A stretch of DNA of 64,000 nt from Alphaproteobacteria bacterium (GCA_050175015.1 JBFXJJ010000003.1:145998-209997), one strand, 5' to 3'. Counted from the stretch's first letter, positions 1 to 10,318 are shown. The notes: generated by a model from the letters alone, not told the origin. A program made the numbers and translations.

Positions 1-49
1 TATCGAAATTACAGTTGAGCCATATTCTTTATTAAAAGGCGAAATAAGA

Positions 50-3000
50 ATGAAACGTATTTCGCTGATTAATCCTGAAATAATGTTGGAGGTTCTGGCT
101 GACGGTCAAGTTAATTGGAACTTCTTGTTTATGCAGAGAGAAAAAGAAAATAACTTTGATGATTCCTTTGGTAAAATTATTGTTAAAGACAGTATTATTT
201 TAGACAGTATTACAGTTCAAAACGGTACGATAATTTATAGTGATAAAAAAAGAAAAATTGAAGAAAGTTTGAATGGTATTACCGCAGATATTGTTGCTAA
301 CTCTTTAAAAGGGCCGTACCGTGCCGATGGTAATTTCAATGTTAGAGATCGTCAAGCAGGCTTTGCGTTGTCGATTGGTGAGATTGGAACAGATAGTCCG
401 ACAGACGTTAATTTTACGGTTTCAGAACTAACTGCGGAAGCTGTCTTAAATCTTTCGGGAGAAGTTTCTAATTCTCCTAATGACAATCTTTTCAGCGGTA
501 ATGTTTCTTTCAATGTTCAAAAAATTCCAGTGCTTTTACCTATTTTAGATTTGAAAAATATTTTCTTTCCTAAAAGCTTAGATATGCCTTTTGCGGTTAA
601 CTCTTCATTTTCTTATAATCCAGGCAAATTTACCGTTGAGGACTTGGTTTTAAAATATGGCGAAACCGCAGCCGCAGGTAAAGCAGTTGTTGCCTTAGAA
701 GATGGGCAGCTGCCTGTTACTGATGCTAACTTATATTTTACGCAGTTATCTTTGGATCCGATTGTCGATGCTTTGAAAGAAATGCGAGAGGTTAATCTGG
801 CAATTTCCCGCCATATGTTTTTATCTAAAAACATTAATGCTCAGGTATCTTTAGGTGCGAGTTCAATTTCTTATAAAGACGGCAGTTTTAGAAACTTTGA
901 AGCCAAAACTCTTATTAAAGATGGTATTTTAACCATAGGAGAAGGCAAAACTAACCTTGTTGGTAATTCTATGGTTGGCTTTGCGGGTATCATTACCCCT
1001 GAAGATGGGCTTTTAAAGTATAATTTTGACGTCGATTTTCAATCAGAAAACACCAAACAACTTTTGAAATGGCTTGGTTATGAAAAAAATATAACGTCAG
1101 ACAGTATCTTTAGAAACAGCCTTTTTAAAGGAAATATTTCTGGTTCTCCTACTGAGCTTAATATTAGCGAGTTTGAGGCTGCTTTAGATAGAACCAAAGC
1201 AAGAGGAACAATTGGGGCTGCTTTTGCTGATAAAAATGCTTTTGATATCCAAGTAACACTTGATGAAATTAATCTTGATTCTTATATGACGAGTAAGACT
1301 GAGCCTTCAAAAAATATAGAAGAAGCATTAAAAAACAATTTTAACAATTTAAGCATTTTATCAAGCTTTGATGCCAAGGGAAGCATAGTTGTTTCTTCCT
1401 TAATTTATAATGATGTTCCTGTTAAAGGTGTAAGCTTTGAAGGAGAGTTATCGAGTAATAATCTTACAATTGATAATTTAGATATTCAAAATCTGGCTGG
1501 TCTTAGAGCGCTTTTTAAAGGTGGAACGGGTGGTTTTGGAGAAGAGCCTAGGTTTAATAAATTTTATTATAATATTGAAGGTGAAGGACTGCCGCCATTA
1601 ATTGCTCGTCTTGGCTGGACGATGCCTTTTGTAAAAAGCGATGATTTAGGTTTGATTTCGCTTGATGGCACACTTAATGGCGATTTGAATAAATTAGAAT
1701 TTGACTCATCTTTTGGAGCTAGAGGCGGAGTTATAAAAAACAAAGGTTATGTCGAGAAAAAGGTCGATGAGCCCCGCTTTTTTGATATGGAACTTGAGGC
1801 ATCTCACCTTAGTTTCAATAAATTTTTAGATATTTTTGGTAAAGGTTATACCGCAGAAGACGGCAGTCTAGGTGTTTTCAAATTTTATAGCAAAATGGCG
1901 GGCAATCTTGATAAATTTAATTTATCAGATATGGAACTCGGTATAGGTCTAAATAAAATAAAAGGCAATCTTACCGTAACATTATCCGGAGATCGTCCTA
2001 AATTTGAGGGCAATGTCGATTCTGTTTTCTTACAGCTTAATAAATTGTTTCCGAAAGATTCCTTTACCGTCTTTAGTAAAAAAGCAAATGGGACTAATGT
2101 TGCTGGCCGCAAGATTTATAGTAATCCCAATTTTATTTTATCTTCAGCTGTTTTTGTTCCTGAGTTATCATCAAATCTTTTAGTAAAAGTTCAAAATGAA
2201 CCAAAGTTTTCAACTGGTATTAAAGCAAAACCACAAGTATCTGTGGTTAAGTTTAAAACCGCTCTGCTTTCAATGTTTGATACAGATTTAGTATGCAAGA
2301 TTGATAAGCTTGAGATGTTCGGATACTCTTTGGAAAAAGCAGAGGGCAAGCTCAAGATTGAAGATAGGGTTCTTGATTTATCAGATTTTAAAACCATATA
2401 CCGCAGTGGGACTATAGCTGGAGCATTAAAAGTTGATGTTAAAGAAATTCCTAAAGTCTCAGGAAATATAGATGTTGTTACAATGGAAGGCAAAAAGGAT
2501 TTCTTTGGAACAAATATTATGGACGTTAATGGTGGAATAGTGTCGTTTAAAAGCAGTTTTGATACTGTTGGTGAGAGTCAAAAGGAATTCTTTCAAAATT
2601 TTAACGCTAATGGCGAAATAAGTTTTAGTAATGCGTCAGTGTCAGGATTTGATTTAGGGGCTATAAACGCTCAAACTGCAGGTAAAAGAAACGATAAAAA
2701 TATTGAAGACCTTATCATGAGATATACTGAAGAGGGAGAAACTCCTTTTGATGAAATTACAGCCAAGTTCAGTGTTGATAAGGGCATTTTAGAAGCTAAA
2801 GATATTACAATGCGTGGCGGTCAGGGCAGCGTCAATATTAACTTTAATCTTAACCTTAATGAATGGGTTGTTGCCTCTAAAGCGTCTTTTCAAACGGTAA
2901 GTAATTCTGAGGTTCCGCCTTTCGAAATAAAACTTATAGGAAATGCAGAGCGCCCAGATTTTAAATTAGAAACAACTATTTTCAGAGAATATTTTAAAAA

Positions 3001-4267
3001 GCTTGAAGAATATGACATTGCTCAAGAAAAATCGAGATTAGCCGAAATTGAAAAGAATAGGCTAACAGAGCTTGAAGCAAAATTAAGAGCAGTCATTGTT
3101 GAATTTGATAAAGATCAGAAAGTAAAAAAAGATACGTTAAGAAGACATAATGCTATATTAAACGCCTCTTATGAAAAAGTGAAAGAAAGCCTTAAAAAAG
3201 CAGAGGCTGTAAAAAGTGAGATAGATGATGCTTTTGCTAAGGCTAAAGATGATTTAGCAAATCAAAAAGATTTAATTTCTGATGAAATATATAAAAGAGC
3301 AGAAAACCTTTTCAAAGAAAAATCTCATAAAGTTATGCTTTCTGAAGTAGATACAGAGAGATTAGATTCTGAAAGCAACAAGCTATCGCAAGTTATAACT
3401 TCTGCTGATAATATGCAGAATCAATTTAATGCTATTTATGAAAAACCTGAAATTCTTGAAGAGGACTTAACCAAAGCAGAAGCTCTAGCTATGAAATCTA
3501 AAGATTTAATCATAGTTTCAGATGAGGTTTTAAGAAATCTCAGTGAAGAGAAGATAAATCTTGTTAAAACCGTTGACGGCATAGAAAAAGATTTTATTAA
3601 ATATATTAAGGTTGCTTCGGTTCAAGATTTTGTTAAAAGTCTTTCGGAAATTAAAGATAGTTTTCCTAGTATTTTAGAAGAAGCTCAAAGTGCAATAACA
3701 AGCGCTAACGATGAATTTGCAACGTTGGAAGGAGAGTATGCTCTACCAGAAGATGCAGACAAGGCTTTAGCCAGTATCAATTCATCAAAGAAAAAGATAG
3801 ATGACTTTAACGATGGGGTTATTGAAATTTATCAAAAAGCTGAAGCATCAAATAACTTTGATATTTTAGACGGATATTTGCAAGAAGCTCATAAAATCGA
3901 ACAGAATGCGCTGCTTGAAAGAAATAATGCTAAAAAAGAGGCTCAAAGAATAATCATTATGGCTAACCAAACTCTAGAAGATGCTAGGGTTGAGGAAGAT
4001 AGAAAGAAACAGCTGTTAGATTTGCTTCCAGGGCATAACTTGGTCAAAGACAACACCACTGCTAATTCTGATAATAAATCGGCATTAAAGCCAGGAGAAA
4101 TCAGATTGGAACGGGTAATCGTTCCTGAGAGTTTACAGGAGCAGCCGCTTGGTGGCAGCAATTCAAAAAACACAGGAAGCAACACCCAAGCATCTTCTCA
4201 GGAAGCTGTAGAAGAGGAGAAAAAGCCAGAGGTTTCGGGAAACTTAGTTATTCACCGCCGCCATTAG
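50..4267 (+). CDS. Very large (1405 aa) protein: N/S/G-rich beta-type N-terminal ~950 aa (AsmA/TamB-like feel), then a ~400 aa E/K-rich coiled-coil C-terminus
   Basis: Long uninterrupted ORF. In-frame stop at nt 17-19 means the start at 50 is plausible. The N-terminal part has repetitive beta-strand-like N/S/G/T/V-rich composition. The C-terminal third has heptad-like charged composition (EEYDIAQEKSRLAEIEKNRLTELEAKLRAV...). No TM or signal peptide at the N-terminus. Confidence 0.4.
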   Translation: MKRISLINPEIMLEVLADGQVNWNFLFMQREKENNFDDSFGKIIVKDSIILDSITVQNGTIIYSDKKRKIEESLNGITADIVANSLKGPYRADGNFNVRDRQAGFALSIGEIGTDSPTDVNFTVSELTAEAVLNLSGEVSNSPNDNLFSGNVSFNVQKIPVLLPILDLKNIFFPKSLDMPFAVNSSFSYNPGKFTVEDLVLKYGETAAAGKAVVALEDGQLPVTDANLYFTQLSLDPIVDALKEMREVNLAISRHMFLSKNINAQVSLGASSISYKDGSFRNFEAKTLIKDGILTIGEGKTNLVGNSMVGFAGIITPEDGLLKYNFDVDFQSENTKQLLKWLGYEKNITSDSIFRNSLFKGNISGSPTELNISEFEAALDRTKARGTIGAAFADKNAFDIQVTLDEINLDSYMTSKTEPSKNIEEALKNNFNNLSILSSFDAKGSIVVSSLIYNDVPVKGVSFEGELSSNNLTIDNLDIQNLAGLRALFKGGTGGFGEEPRFNKFYYNIEGEGLPPLIARLGWTMPFVKSDDLGLISLDGTLNGDLNKLEFDSSFGARGGVIKNKGYVEKKVDEPRFFDMELEASHLSFNKFLDIFGKGYTAEDGSLGVFKFYSKMAGNLDKFNLSDMELGIGLNKIKGNLTVTLSGDRPKFEGNVDSVFLQLNKLFPKDSFTVFSKKANGTNVAGRKIYSNPNFILSSAVFVPELSSNLLVKVQNEPKFSTGIKAKPQVSVVKFKTALLSMFDTDLVCKIDKLEMFGYSLEKAEGKLKIEDRVLDLSDFKTIYRSGTIAGALKVDVKEIPKVSGNIDVVTMEGKKDFFGTNIMDVNGGIVSFKSSFDTVGESQKEFFQNFNANGEISFSNASVSGFDLGAINAQTAGKRNDKNIEDLIMRYTEEGETPFDEITAKFSVDKGILEAKDITMRGGQGSVNINFNLNLNEWVVASKASFQTVSNSEVPPFEIKLIGNAERPDFKLETTIFREYFKKLEEYDIAQEKSRLAEIEKNRLTELEAKLRAVIVEFDKDQKVKKDTLRRHNAILNASYEKVKESLKKAEAVKSEIDDAFAKAKDDLANQKDLISDEIYKRAENLFKEKSHKVMLSEVDTERLDSESNKLSQVITSADNMQNQFNAIYEKPEILEEDLTKAEALAMKSKDLIIVSDEVLRNLSEEKINLVKTVDGIEKDFIKYIKVASVQDFVKSLSEIKDSFPSILEEAQSAITSANDEFATLEGEYALPEDADKALASINSSKKKIDDFNDGVIEIYQKAEASNNFDILDGYLQEAHKIEQNALLERNNAKKEAQRIIIMANQTLEDARVEEDRKKQLLDLLPGHNLVKDNTTANSDNKSALKPGEIRLERVIVPESLQEQPLGGSNSKNTGSNTQASSQEAVEEEKKPEVSGNLVIHRRH

Positions 4268-4418
4268 AACATAGCTAAGGTGTTTTGTATTTAGACCGTC
4301 GTAAAATGTTTGACGTTTAGCTTTAAGTTTAGTTTTAAATAAGCATAGCTAAACAAAAAAGCCATCTGGTATCTTATCCGCATTTAAAGCAGTTTGCTAA
4401 GCTATCGTAGTAGGGGAT

Positions 4419-4826
4419 TTATTTACTATTTATAAGGTGGCATAAAGAACGAATTAGTCCGAGAGATAACTCAGGATTAGATTCAATTTCTAATATCAGA
4501 GTTTCTTTGTTTATCTTAATAATCTCACTTTCTTCTGTCGCAATAGCAAAAAAGTCAGTCTCTTTGCTTTCCATCATTTCTAAAAAGCCGATACAGTCAT
4601 TTTTACCTAAAGTACGGCTGTCGCCATTGCTGTTATGAATTTCAAGGCTACCTTTGAAAACAATAAAAACGGCTTCTGGGGAAGTTTTAGCTGCAATCAA
4701 GGTTTCTCCTGGATTCAATAAAACAATATTGCAGGCATCTAACAAATCAACTAAAGCTTCTTCAGGAACAAAACTGAAGATTGTCGAGTTTTTTGCTGTT
4801 TCAATTTTTTCAATATTAAGACGCAT
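4419..4826 (-). CDS. Stand-alone cyclic-nucleotide-binding (CAP effector-like) domain protein
   Basis: 135 aa. The beta-roll-like segment FIVFKGSLEIHNSNGDSRTLGKNDCIGFLEMM resembles cNMP-binding domains. No DNA-binding HTH follows. Confidence 0.5.
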   Translation of the reverse strand: MRLNIEKIETAKNSTIFSFVPEEALVDLLDACNIVLLNPGETLIAAKTSPEAVFIVFKGSLEIHNSNGDSRTLGKNDCIGFLEMMESKETDFFAIATEESEIIKINKETLILEIESNPELSLGLIRSLCHLINSK

Positions 4827-4840
4827 AGTTTATACTCCTG

Positions 4841-6403
4841 TTATAGGGTGCTGTTAGATGCAATTTCAACAATAATCCACTTAGCTGTTTTGCTAACAAG
4901 TTTTGATTTATCAGATACGGCTTTTTCAAAATATTCAAAGAATATATGATTTTTCATTTTAAAAGCGATAAACAAAGCATAAGCACGAGAAAGTTCTAAA
5001 TTTTTATTGTAGTCTGCTGAAAAAATTTGGATAAGACGGTCTTCAAAACGAACCGATGTCTGCGAGAAATATGGTTTTAAACGCAAGGCCTTTTCTTTTA
5101 AGGAAAGATGTTCAATTAGAGGCATACAAATAAGTTTTATTTCATCAGGGAGAGCTTTTTCTAGTTCTTTGGTAGAGTAGAAAGGCAAACCTAATTTAGC
5201 ATCACTTGCAAGCGTAATAAGATTTTTGGTATGAGGTAAAAGGATAGGCAGAAGTTTAAAAACCATTTCTTTGGTTAAATCAAATTCGTATTTAAGAACT
5301 CTTTTTAAATCGGCTATTTCTAAATTAGTTGAAATATCATTAATCGCTGATAGCAGCCAAGATGCGTGTTCTGCTGAGTTGTAAAGACAGATTTTTATGA
5401 TAGGAGAAGTCTTATCATCGGCTTTAAAATCCATATCATATAAGCAATCAACAATTTTTTTCTTAGTTAAAAACTTTGTCTGGTTAAGGGTTTTTACTAG
5501 GAACAAAATAACATTTTCTGACTTTGAAGCCGAAATGTTTTTTAAAAATGTTATTCTTTGCTTTTCAGGGATATTTTGCAAAACTTCATTTAAGTTTTCT
5601 AAAGACATTTTAGGGGCAAAATAACGCATAGCCTTGCAGGCGGCATAAAATAACTTGTTGTTTTTTATTGAAGTTAAAATATGAGGATAGAAGCTGTCAT
5701 CACCACATTTGCCCGCAGTTATTAAGGCGGTACGTTTTACGTGGATATCATCATCGTCGAAAAGGGTTACAAGCTGGTCTAAAAACTCGGTTCTTTTGGT
5801 TTTGCCGATAATGTTTATGCCTATTATCTTTAAAGAAGAATCATCGGTATTTAGAAGTTTTTTAAGATGAACAGAGGCCAGATCAATTTGATTGTCATTA
5901 CCATAAGTTAAAAATGCTTCAATAGCAGCAGCTTTTGTTTTTAAGTCTTCTTCATCTAAATAATTTAGAGCTATTTCTGACGTTTCTGGGCAGCTTGCCA
6001 TTGTTTTTGCTAAATATGGAAGGATATTAGGTTTCTTTGCTAACTCATTAATAATATTTTCATTTAAAGGACTTTTTAAGCGTTCAAATATTTCTAATGT
6101 TTTGATGATTTTGAATTCTGAAGATGTTTTTAACTGTAGCTTTAAAAAATTGGCAGCAATGATATTTTTGATTAGAGGAGTTGGAATATCTAAATTTTTT
6201 TCAAAAGAAGTTTCTAAGGCTTTTAAGTATTTTCTTTTAAGAAGGATAAATGCAGGGGTAATAAAAATAAAAAACAGAAGAATTCCTGCCAAAGTTGCTT
6301 GAGGTGCAAAATGAGGAATATTAATCACGACAAGCATAGAAAGGAAACAAAAACCGATAATTTTTATAATGTTATTTATATCGGGAATAATATGATTTTT
6401 CAT
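4841..6403 (-). CDS. Membrane-anchored HEAT/PBS-lyase-like repeat protein
   Basis: 520 aa. Two N-terminal hydrophobic helices, then repeated ~30-aa alpha-helical units (e.g. DDDDIHVKRTALITAGKCGDD...). Its start lies 12 nt after the ftsY stop on the same strand. Confidence 0.5.
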   Translation of the reverse strand: MKNHIIPDINNIIKIIGFCFLSMLVVINIPHFAPQATLAGILLFFIFITPAFILLKRKYLKALETSFEKNLDIPTPLIKNIIAANFLKLQLKTSSEFKIIKTLEIFERLKSPLNENIINELAKKPNILPYLAKTMASCPETSEIALNYLDEEDLKTKAAAIEAFLTYGNDNQIDLASVHLKKLLNTDDSSLKIIGINIIGKTKRTEFLDQLVTLFDDDDIHVKRTALITAGKCGDDSFYPHILTSIKNNKLFYAACKAMRYFAPKMSLENLNEVLQNIPEKQRITFLKNISASKSENVILFLVKTLNQTKFLTKKKIVDCLYDMDFKADDKTSPIIKICLYNSAEHASWLLSAINDISTNLEIADLKRVLKYEFDLTKEMVFKLLPILLPHTKNLITLASDAKLGLPFYSTKELEKALPDEIKLICMPLIEHLSLKEKALRLKPYFSQTSVRFEDRLIQIFSADYNKNLELSRAYALFIAFKMKNHIFFEYFEKAVSDKSKLVSKTAKWIIVEIASNSTL

Positions 6404-6414
6404 TAAATTTAGTC

Positions 6415-7353
6415 CTAAATATCTAACATAGCTTTAGCAAAATCAGATGCCGTAAATGGTTTTAGATCGTCTTCTTTCTCTCCAATGCCGATAAAGTATA
6501 CGGGCAGTTTAAAGGTCGAAGCAATAGAGACTAATATACCGCCTTTAGCTGTGCCGTCAAGTTTGGTGATTATAAGACCAGAAACAGGTGTTGTTTCTGA
6601 AAAAAGCTGAACTTGTGAAATCGCATTTTGACCTGTTGTTGAGTCTAAAACTAAAAGTGTTTCATGAGGGGCATCAGGTATCTTTTTGCGGATAACTCTA
6701 ACAATTTTTTCTAGTTCTGCCATTAGCTCCTTTTTGTTTTGGAGACGCCCTGCGGTATCAATCATAACAACATCAATTCTTTCTTTTATGGCTTGTTCCA
6801 AGGCATCATAAACCAAACCTGAGGCATCACATTTATCCTGACCTTTAAAGACTTTACAGCCCGCACGGTTTCCCCATATTGCAAGTTGCTCAACGGCAGC
6901 AGCTCTGAACGTATCGGCTGCAACCAAGGCAACAGATAGACCTTGCTTTTGAATAATTTTAGCCAATTTGCCAAGAGTTGTGGTTTTGCCGCTGCCATTG
7001 ACTCCAGCGGTAAGAATAATAAAAGGTCTTTTTTCTTTAGCGATAACAAAATCTTTTTCGATATGTTCTAATTTTTCAGCAATTTTTTCAGCAAGAAAAC
7101 TTCTGATTTCAAGATCTGAGACATCTTTTTGAAATTTTTGTATTTTTAATTTTTGGGCAAGTTCTTGAGCGGTTGTTGCTCCTGTATCTGCCATAATTAA
7201 AAGGTCTTCTATTTCTATCAAAGTATCATCATCAAGCTTTCTCTTAGAGATAATATCGGAAATACCTCCAGCTAGAGATGAAGAGGTTTTTGATAACCCT
7301 TTTTTTAGACGTGCAAACCAGTTTTCATCATTTTTTTTAAAAATCACAGGCAA
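6415..7353 (-). CDS. ftsY: Signal recognition particle receptor FtsY (short form, NG domain only)
   Basis: SRP GTPase motifs GVNGSGKTTTLGKLA, DTAGR and TKLDG. 312 aa with no acidic A-domain. Confidence 0.9.
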   Translation of the reverse strand: MPVIFKKNDENWFARLKKGLSKTSSSLAGGISDIISKRKLDDDTLIEIEDLLIMADTGATTAQELAQKLKIQKFQKDVSDLEIRSFLAEKIAEKLEHIEKDFVIAKEKRPFIILTAGVNGSGKTTTLGKLAKIIQKQGLSVALVAADTFRAAAVEQLAIWGNRAGCKVFKGQDKCDASGLVYDALEQAIKERIDVVMIDTAGRLQNKKELMAELEKIVRVIRKKIPDAPHETLLVLDSTTGQNAISQVQLFSETTPVSGLIITKLDGTAKGGILVSIASTFKLPVYFIGIGEKEDDLKPFTASDFAKAMLDI

Positions 7354-8612
7354 ACTCCATAAAGACCATCTGAGTCATATTGATTAATTTCGACAGAACA
7401 AATAGTTCCCTCTTTTTTAGTTTGATTAAGTTTTACAGGCAGGTAATGCTCACAAAAACCAGAATTATGTTTTTCAGTTAAAACCGAGCACTTATGTCCT
7501 AATTTGCTGGCATAAAGTTTTAACATCAGTTCTTCACCAACATCTCTTAAAATTTTTGCCCTTTGTTTCGAAACTTCTCTTTCTACTTGCGGCATCTTAG
7601 CAGCAGGGGTGCCTTCTCTTGGAGAAAAAGGGAAAACGTGAAGATGGGTTATGTTGCATTCTTTCACAAGAGATACGGTGTTATTAAACATAGCCTCCGT
7701 TTCTGTGGGAAATCCTGTAATAAAATCGGAACCAAGAACAATATCACTTCTAACTGCTCGTAACTTTTCTGCCAAAGTGATAATATCTTTAGATAGATGA
7801 CGTCTTCCCATTCTTTTCAAAATTAAGTCATCTCCAGACTGAATTGAAAGGTGAAAATGAGGCAGAAGCCTTGGATCATTTTTGGCAAGGTCAATTAGCA
7901 AATCATCAAAGCCTTTGGGGTCAATAGAGCTTATTCTAAGTCTTTTGAGCTGAGGTGTTTTTTCTAAAATATTTTTTATGAGAAGACTAAGTTCACTTTT
8001 GCCGCAGCGATCTATGCCATAAGAGGCAACATCAACTCCAGAAATAACAATTTCATTAAAACCAGAGGCAATTAATTCGTTGATTTGTGTAAGGACAATA
8101 TGTTCAGGAATACTGAAATTTTCACCGCGAGCATAAGGAACAATACAATAGGTACACCTATGATCGCAGCCTTGTTGTACTTGAACAAAAGCTCTCGTTC
8201 TGCCCTCAAAATCACTTATGATATAAGGTTCGTGGTCGTGTTTTTCAAAAATATCTTTAACCGCAACTTTTTCTTTGGTTTGTGAGCGCATAAAGTCATC
8301 AATATTAAGTTTCTCGACGTTGCCAAGAACATAATTAACTTCTTTCATTTTAGCAAAACTAAAAGGACTTACTTGAGCCGCACAGCCCGTTACAATTATA
8401 ATTGCATCTTCGTTTTCTTTGCGTATTTTCCGTATCATCTGGCGGCATTGTCTCTCTGCTTCGCCAGTTACCGCGCAACTGTTGATAACAATTAAGGGCT
8501 TAGGAATATCTAATCCCAAAAGCTTTTCCCGCATAATTTCAGATTCATAAGAGTTTATGCGGCAGCCTAAAGTAATAATTTTGACATCATATTTCATCGA
8601 TATTAAGCTCAC
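7344..8612 (-). CDS. mtaB: MiaB-like radical-SAM tRNA methylthiotransferase (MtaB type)
   Basis: N-terminal MTTase domain (KIITLGCRINSYESE). Radical SAM CxxxCxxC (CDHRCTYCIVPYARG). C-terminal TRAM-like region. Lies in the dapF-mtaB-ftsY synteny conserved in alphaproteobacteria. Confidence 0.75.
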   Translation of the reverse strand: MSLISMKYDVKIITLGCRINSYESEIMREKLLGLDIPKPLIVINSCAVTGEAERQCRQMIRKIRKENEDAIIIVTGCAAQVSPFSFAKMKEVNYVLGNVEKLNIDDFMRSQTKEKVAVKDIFEKHDHEPYIISDFEGRTRAFVQVQQGCDHRCTYCIVPYARGENFSIPEHIVLTQINELIASGFNEIVISGVDVASYGIDRCGKSELSLLIKNILEKTPQLKRLRISSIDPKGFDDLLIDLAKNDPRLLPHFHLSIQSGDDLILKRMGRRHLSKDIITLAEKLRAVRSDIVLGSDFITGFPTETEAMFNNTVSLVKECNITHLHVFPFSPREGTPAAKMPQVEREVSKQRAKILRDVGEELMLKLYASKLGHKCSVLTEKHNSGFCEHYLPVKLNQTKKEGTICSVEINQYDSDGLYGVCL

Positions 8613-9414
8613 CTGTAAAGACCTTCGTAGCTGTACCTGTCATTAAAATTGAACCATCTTCAAGTGATTCAATAAACAGGTCGCCGCCGTCTAAAATAAC
8701 TCTGGTTTGATTAATGCAAAAGCCTTTTTTATAGGCAGCAAAAAAAGAGGCACAAGCTCCTGTTCCGCAAGCCATTGTAATGCCAGCCCCACGTTCCCAA
8801 ACTTTCATTCTTATCGTTTGTTTATCAATAATTTTTATGAAGTCAACATTTGTACCGAAGGTAAATAGTTTGTTCTTTTCTAGTTGCGAACCTAATTTAG
8901 CAACATCTAAACTGCTAACATCATCTACAAAACAAACCAGATGAGGAACTCCCATCAATAGGGCGCAGGATTCAGATATTTCAGGAATAAGTCTGGGCAT
9001 ATTGAAGGTGTCGGCTTCCTCAGACAACGGAAGATCTTTCCAATTAAAACTAGGGATTCCCATATTGACCGCAATTAAATCTTTGTTTTTATGACCTGCA
9101 ATTAATCCTGCTCTGGTTTCAATGTAGACCGTTTCTTTTTTTGTTTCTTCAAGCATTAAGCGAGCAATGCAGCGTGAGGCATTGCCGCAGGCATTAGCCA
9201 AAGAACCGTCAGAATTAAAGATAGTAATAAGGCAAGAGGCGGTTTTATCTACTGGTTTGTCAATAATGATAACACCGTCAGCGCCAATGCCCTTTCTGCG
9301 GTCAGCAATTTTAGCTGCAATTTCAGGATAGAATACAAGACTATGACTTCTGTTATCGATAATAACAAAGTCATTTCCAAGTCCGTGCATTTTAGTAAAA
9401 GATAATGTTTTCAT
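8587..9414 (-). CDS. dapF: Diaminopimelate epimerase
   Basis: Begins MHGLGNDFVII. Two catalytic Cys contexts (GNASRC and ACGTGACA). 275 aa. Confidence 0.85.
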   Translation of the reverse strand: MKTLSFTKMHGLGNDFVIIDNRSHSLVFYPEIAAKIADRRKGIGADGVIIIDKPVDKTASCLITIFNSDGSLANACGNASRCIARLMLEETKKETVYIETRAGLIAGHKNKDLIAVNMGIPSFNWKDLPLSEEADTFNMPRLIPEISESCALLMGVPHLVCFVDDVSSLDVAKLGSQLEKNKLFTFGTNVDFIKIIDKQTIRMKVWERGAGITMACGTGACASFFAAYKKGFCINQTRVILDGGDLFIESLEDGSILMTGTATKVFTGELNIDEI

Positions 9415-9494
9415 ATTTTATTTTTATTATCAATTTATGGCTAAGGCTAGTAATAAATTGCTTTTAAGTTATTTTAGCTTGGGAGCTTAAAACT

Positions 9495-10103
9495 ATGACA
9501 TCAAAACCATTATACGATAATGATGCCAAAAACTATTGCAGACAGTACGAGTCTCTTAAGTTTGAGGATATTCATCAAGACATATTAGCTATAATACCGC
9601 CTAAGGGGACGAAGATTCTTGATGTTGGCGCAGGCTCAGGAAGAGATGCAGCTTGGTTTGCAGTCAATGGTTATGAAGTTACAGCGCTAGAGCCGTCTTT
9701 AGCAATGATTCGAGAAGGTAAAAGCTATCATAAAAATAGTGCTGTAAGATGGATTTGCGATAGCTTGCCTGAATTAAAACAAGTACAAAAGCTAGGGCAG
9801 CAATTTGATTTTATTTTGCTTTCGGCCGTTTGGATGCACGTTAAACCTGAAGAAAGACCAAGGGCATTTAAGAATCTAAATAGTCTTTTAGCGCCAAACG
9901 GGCAGCTTTCAATAGTGCTTCGTTTTGGCAGTCTTAGAGACGATATGTATCTTGTTTCATTTGATGAATTAAAGTCTTTGGCAGAGAAGTATAAGCTGGA
10001 AACAACAATGATTAAAGAAAGGGGCGAGAAAGATAAACTTAATCGCTTTGATGTTGAGTGGGGAAGAGTTTGCTTTAGAAAAAGCGGTCTAAATAAGCAG
10101 TAA
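9495..10103 (+). CDS. Class I SAM-dependent methyltransferase
   Basis: Motif I ILDVGAGSGRDAAWFA. 202 aa. Confidence 0.6.
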   Translation: MTSKPLYDNDAKNYCRQYESLKFEDIHQDILAIIPPKGTKILDVGAGSGRDAAWFAVNGYEVTALEPSLAMIREGKSYHKNSAVRWICDSLPELKQVQKLGQQFDFILLSAVWMHVKPEERPRAFKNLNSLLAPNGQLSIVLRFGSLRDDMYLVSFDELKSLAEKYKLETTMIKERGEKDKLNRFDVEWGRVCFRKSGLNKQ

Positions 10104-10318
10104 TTGTGGGTATCTTATAAAGATATTTTTAAAAAGTGTTAGATAATTAGATAAAAAGCAATGTTTGCTTGACAAATGGCTTAAAATCTAATAAACAAGA
10201 TTCAAATTTACTCCGAAAGTGTTAGTTTTTAGTCTTTTAGGAGATCCGTCAGTCAGCGAAGGTTCGCACACTGACGCAATATTGCTTTGTATAATTGTTT
10301 AGGCTTGGAAAAGAACGT

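Noticed and set aside
613-4185. Short antisense ORFs inside the 1405-aa gene (613-834, 1885-2112, 2191-2493, 3943-4185)
   Set aside because: Fully embedded on the opposite strand of a long coherent ORF. Low-complexity translations with no motifs. Typical spurious ORFs in AT-rich DNA.
10295-10318. ORF-track start of ffh at 10295 and antisense ORF 10343-10537
   Set aside because: Canonical Ffh begins MF(S/D)NL..., so the start at 10319 is preferred. The antisense ORF is embedded in ffh.
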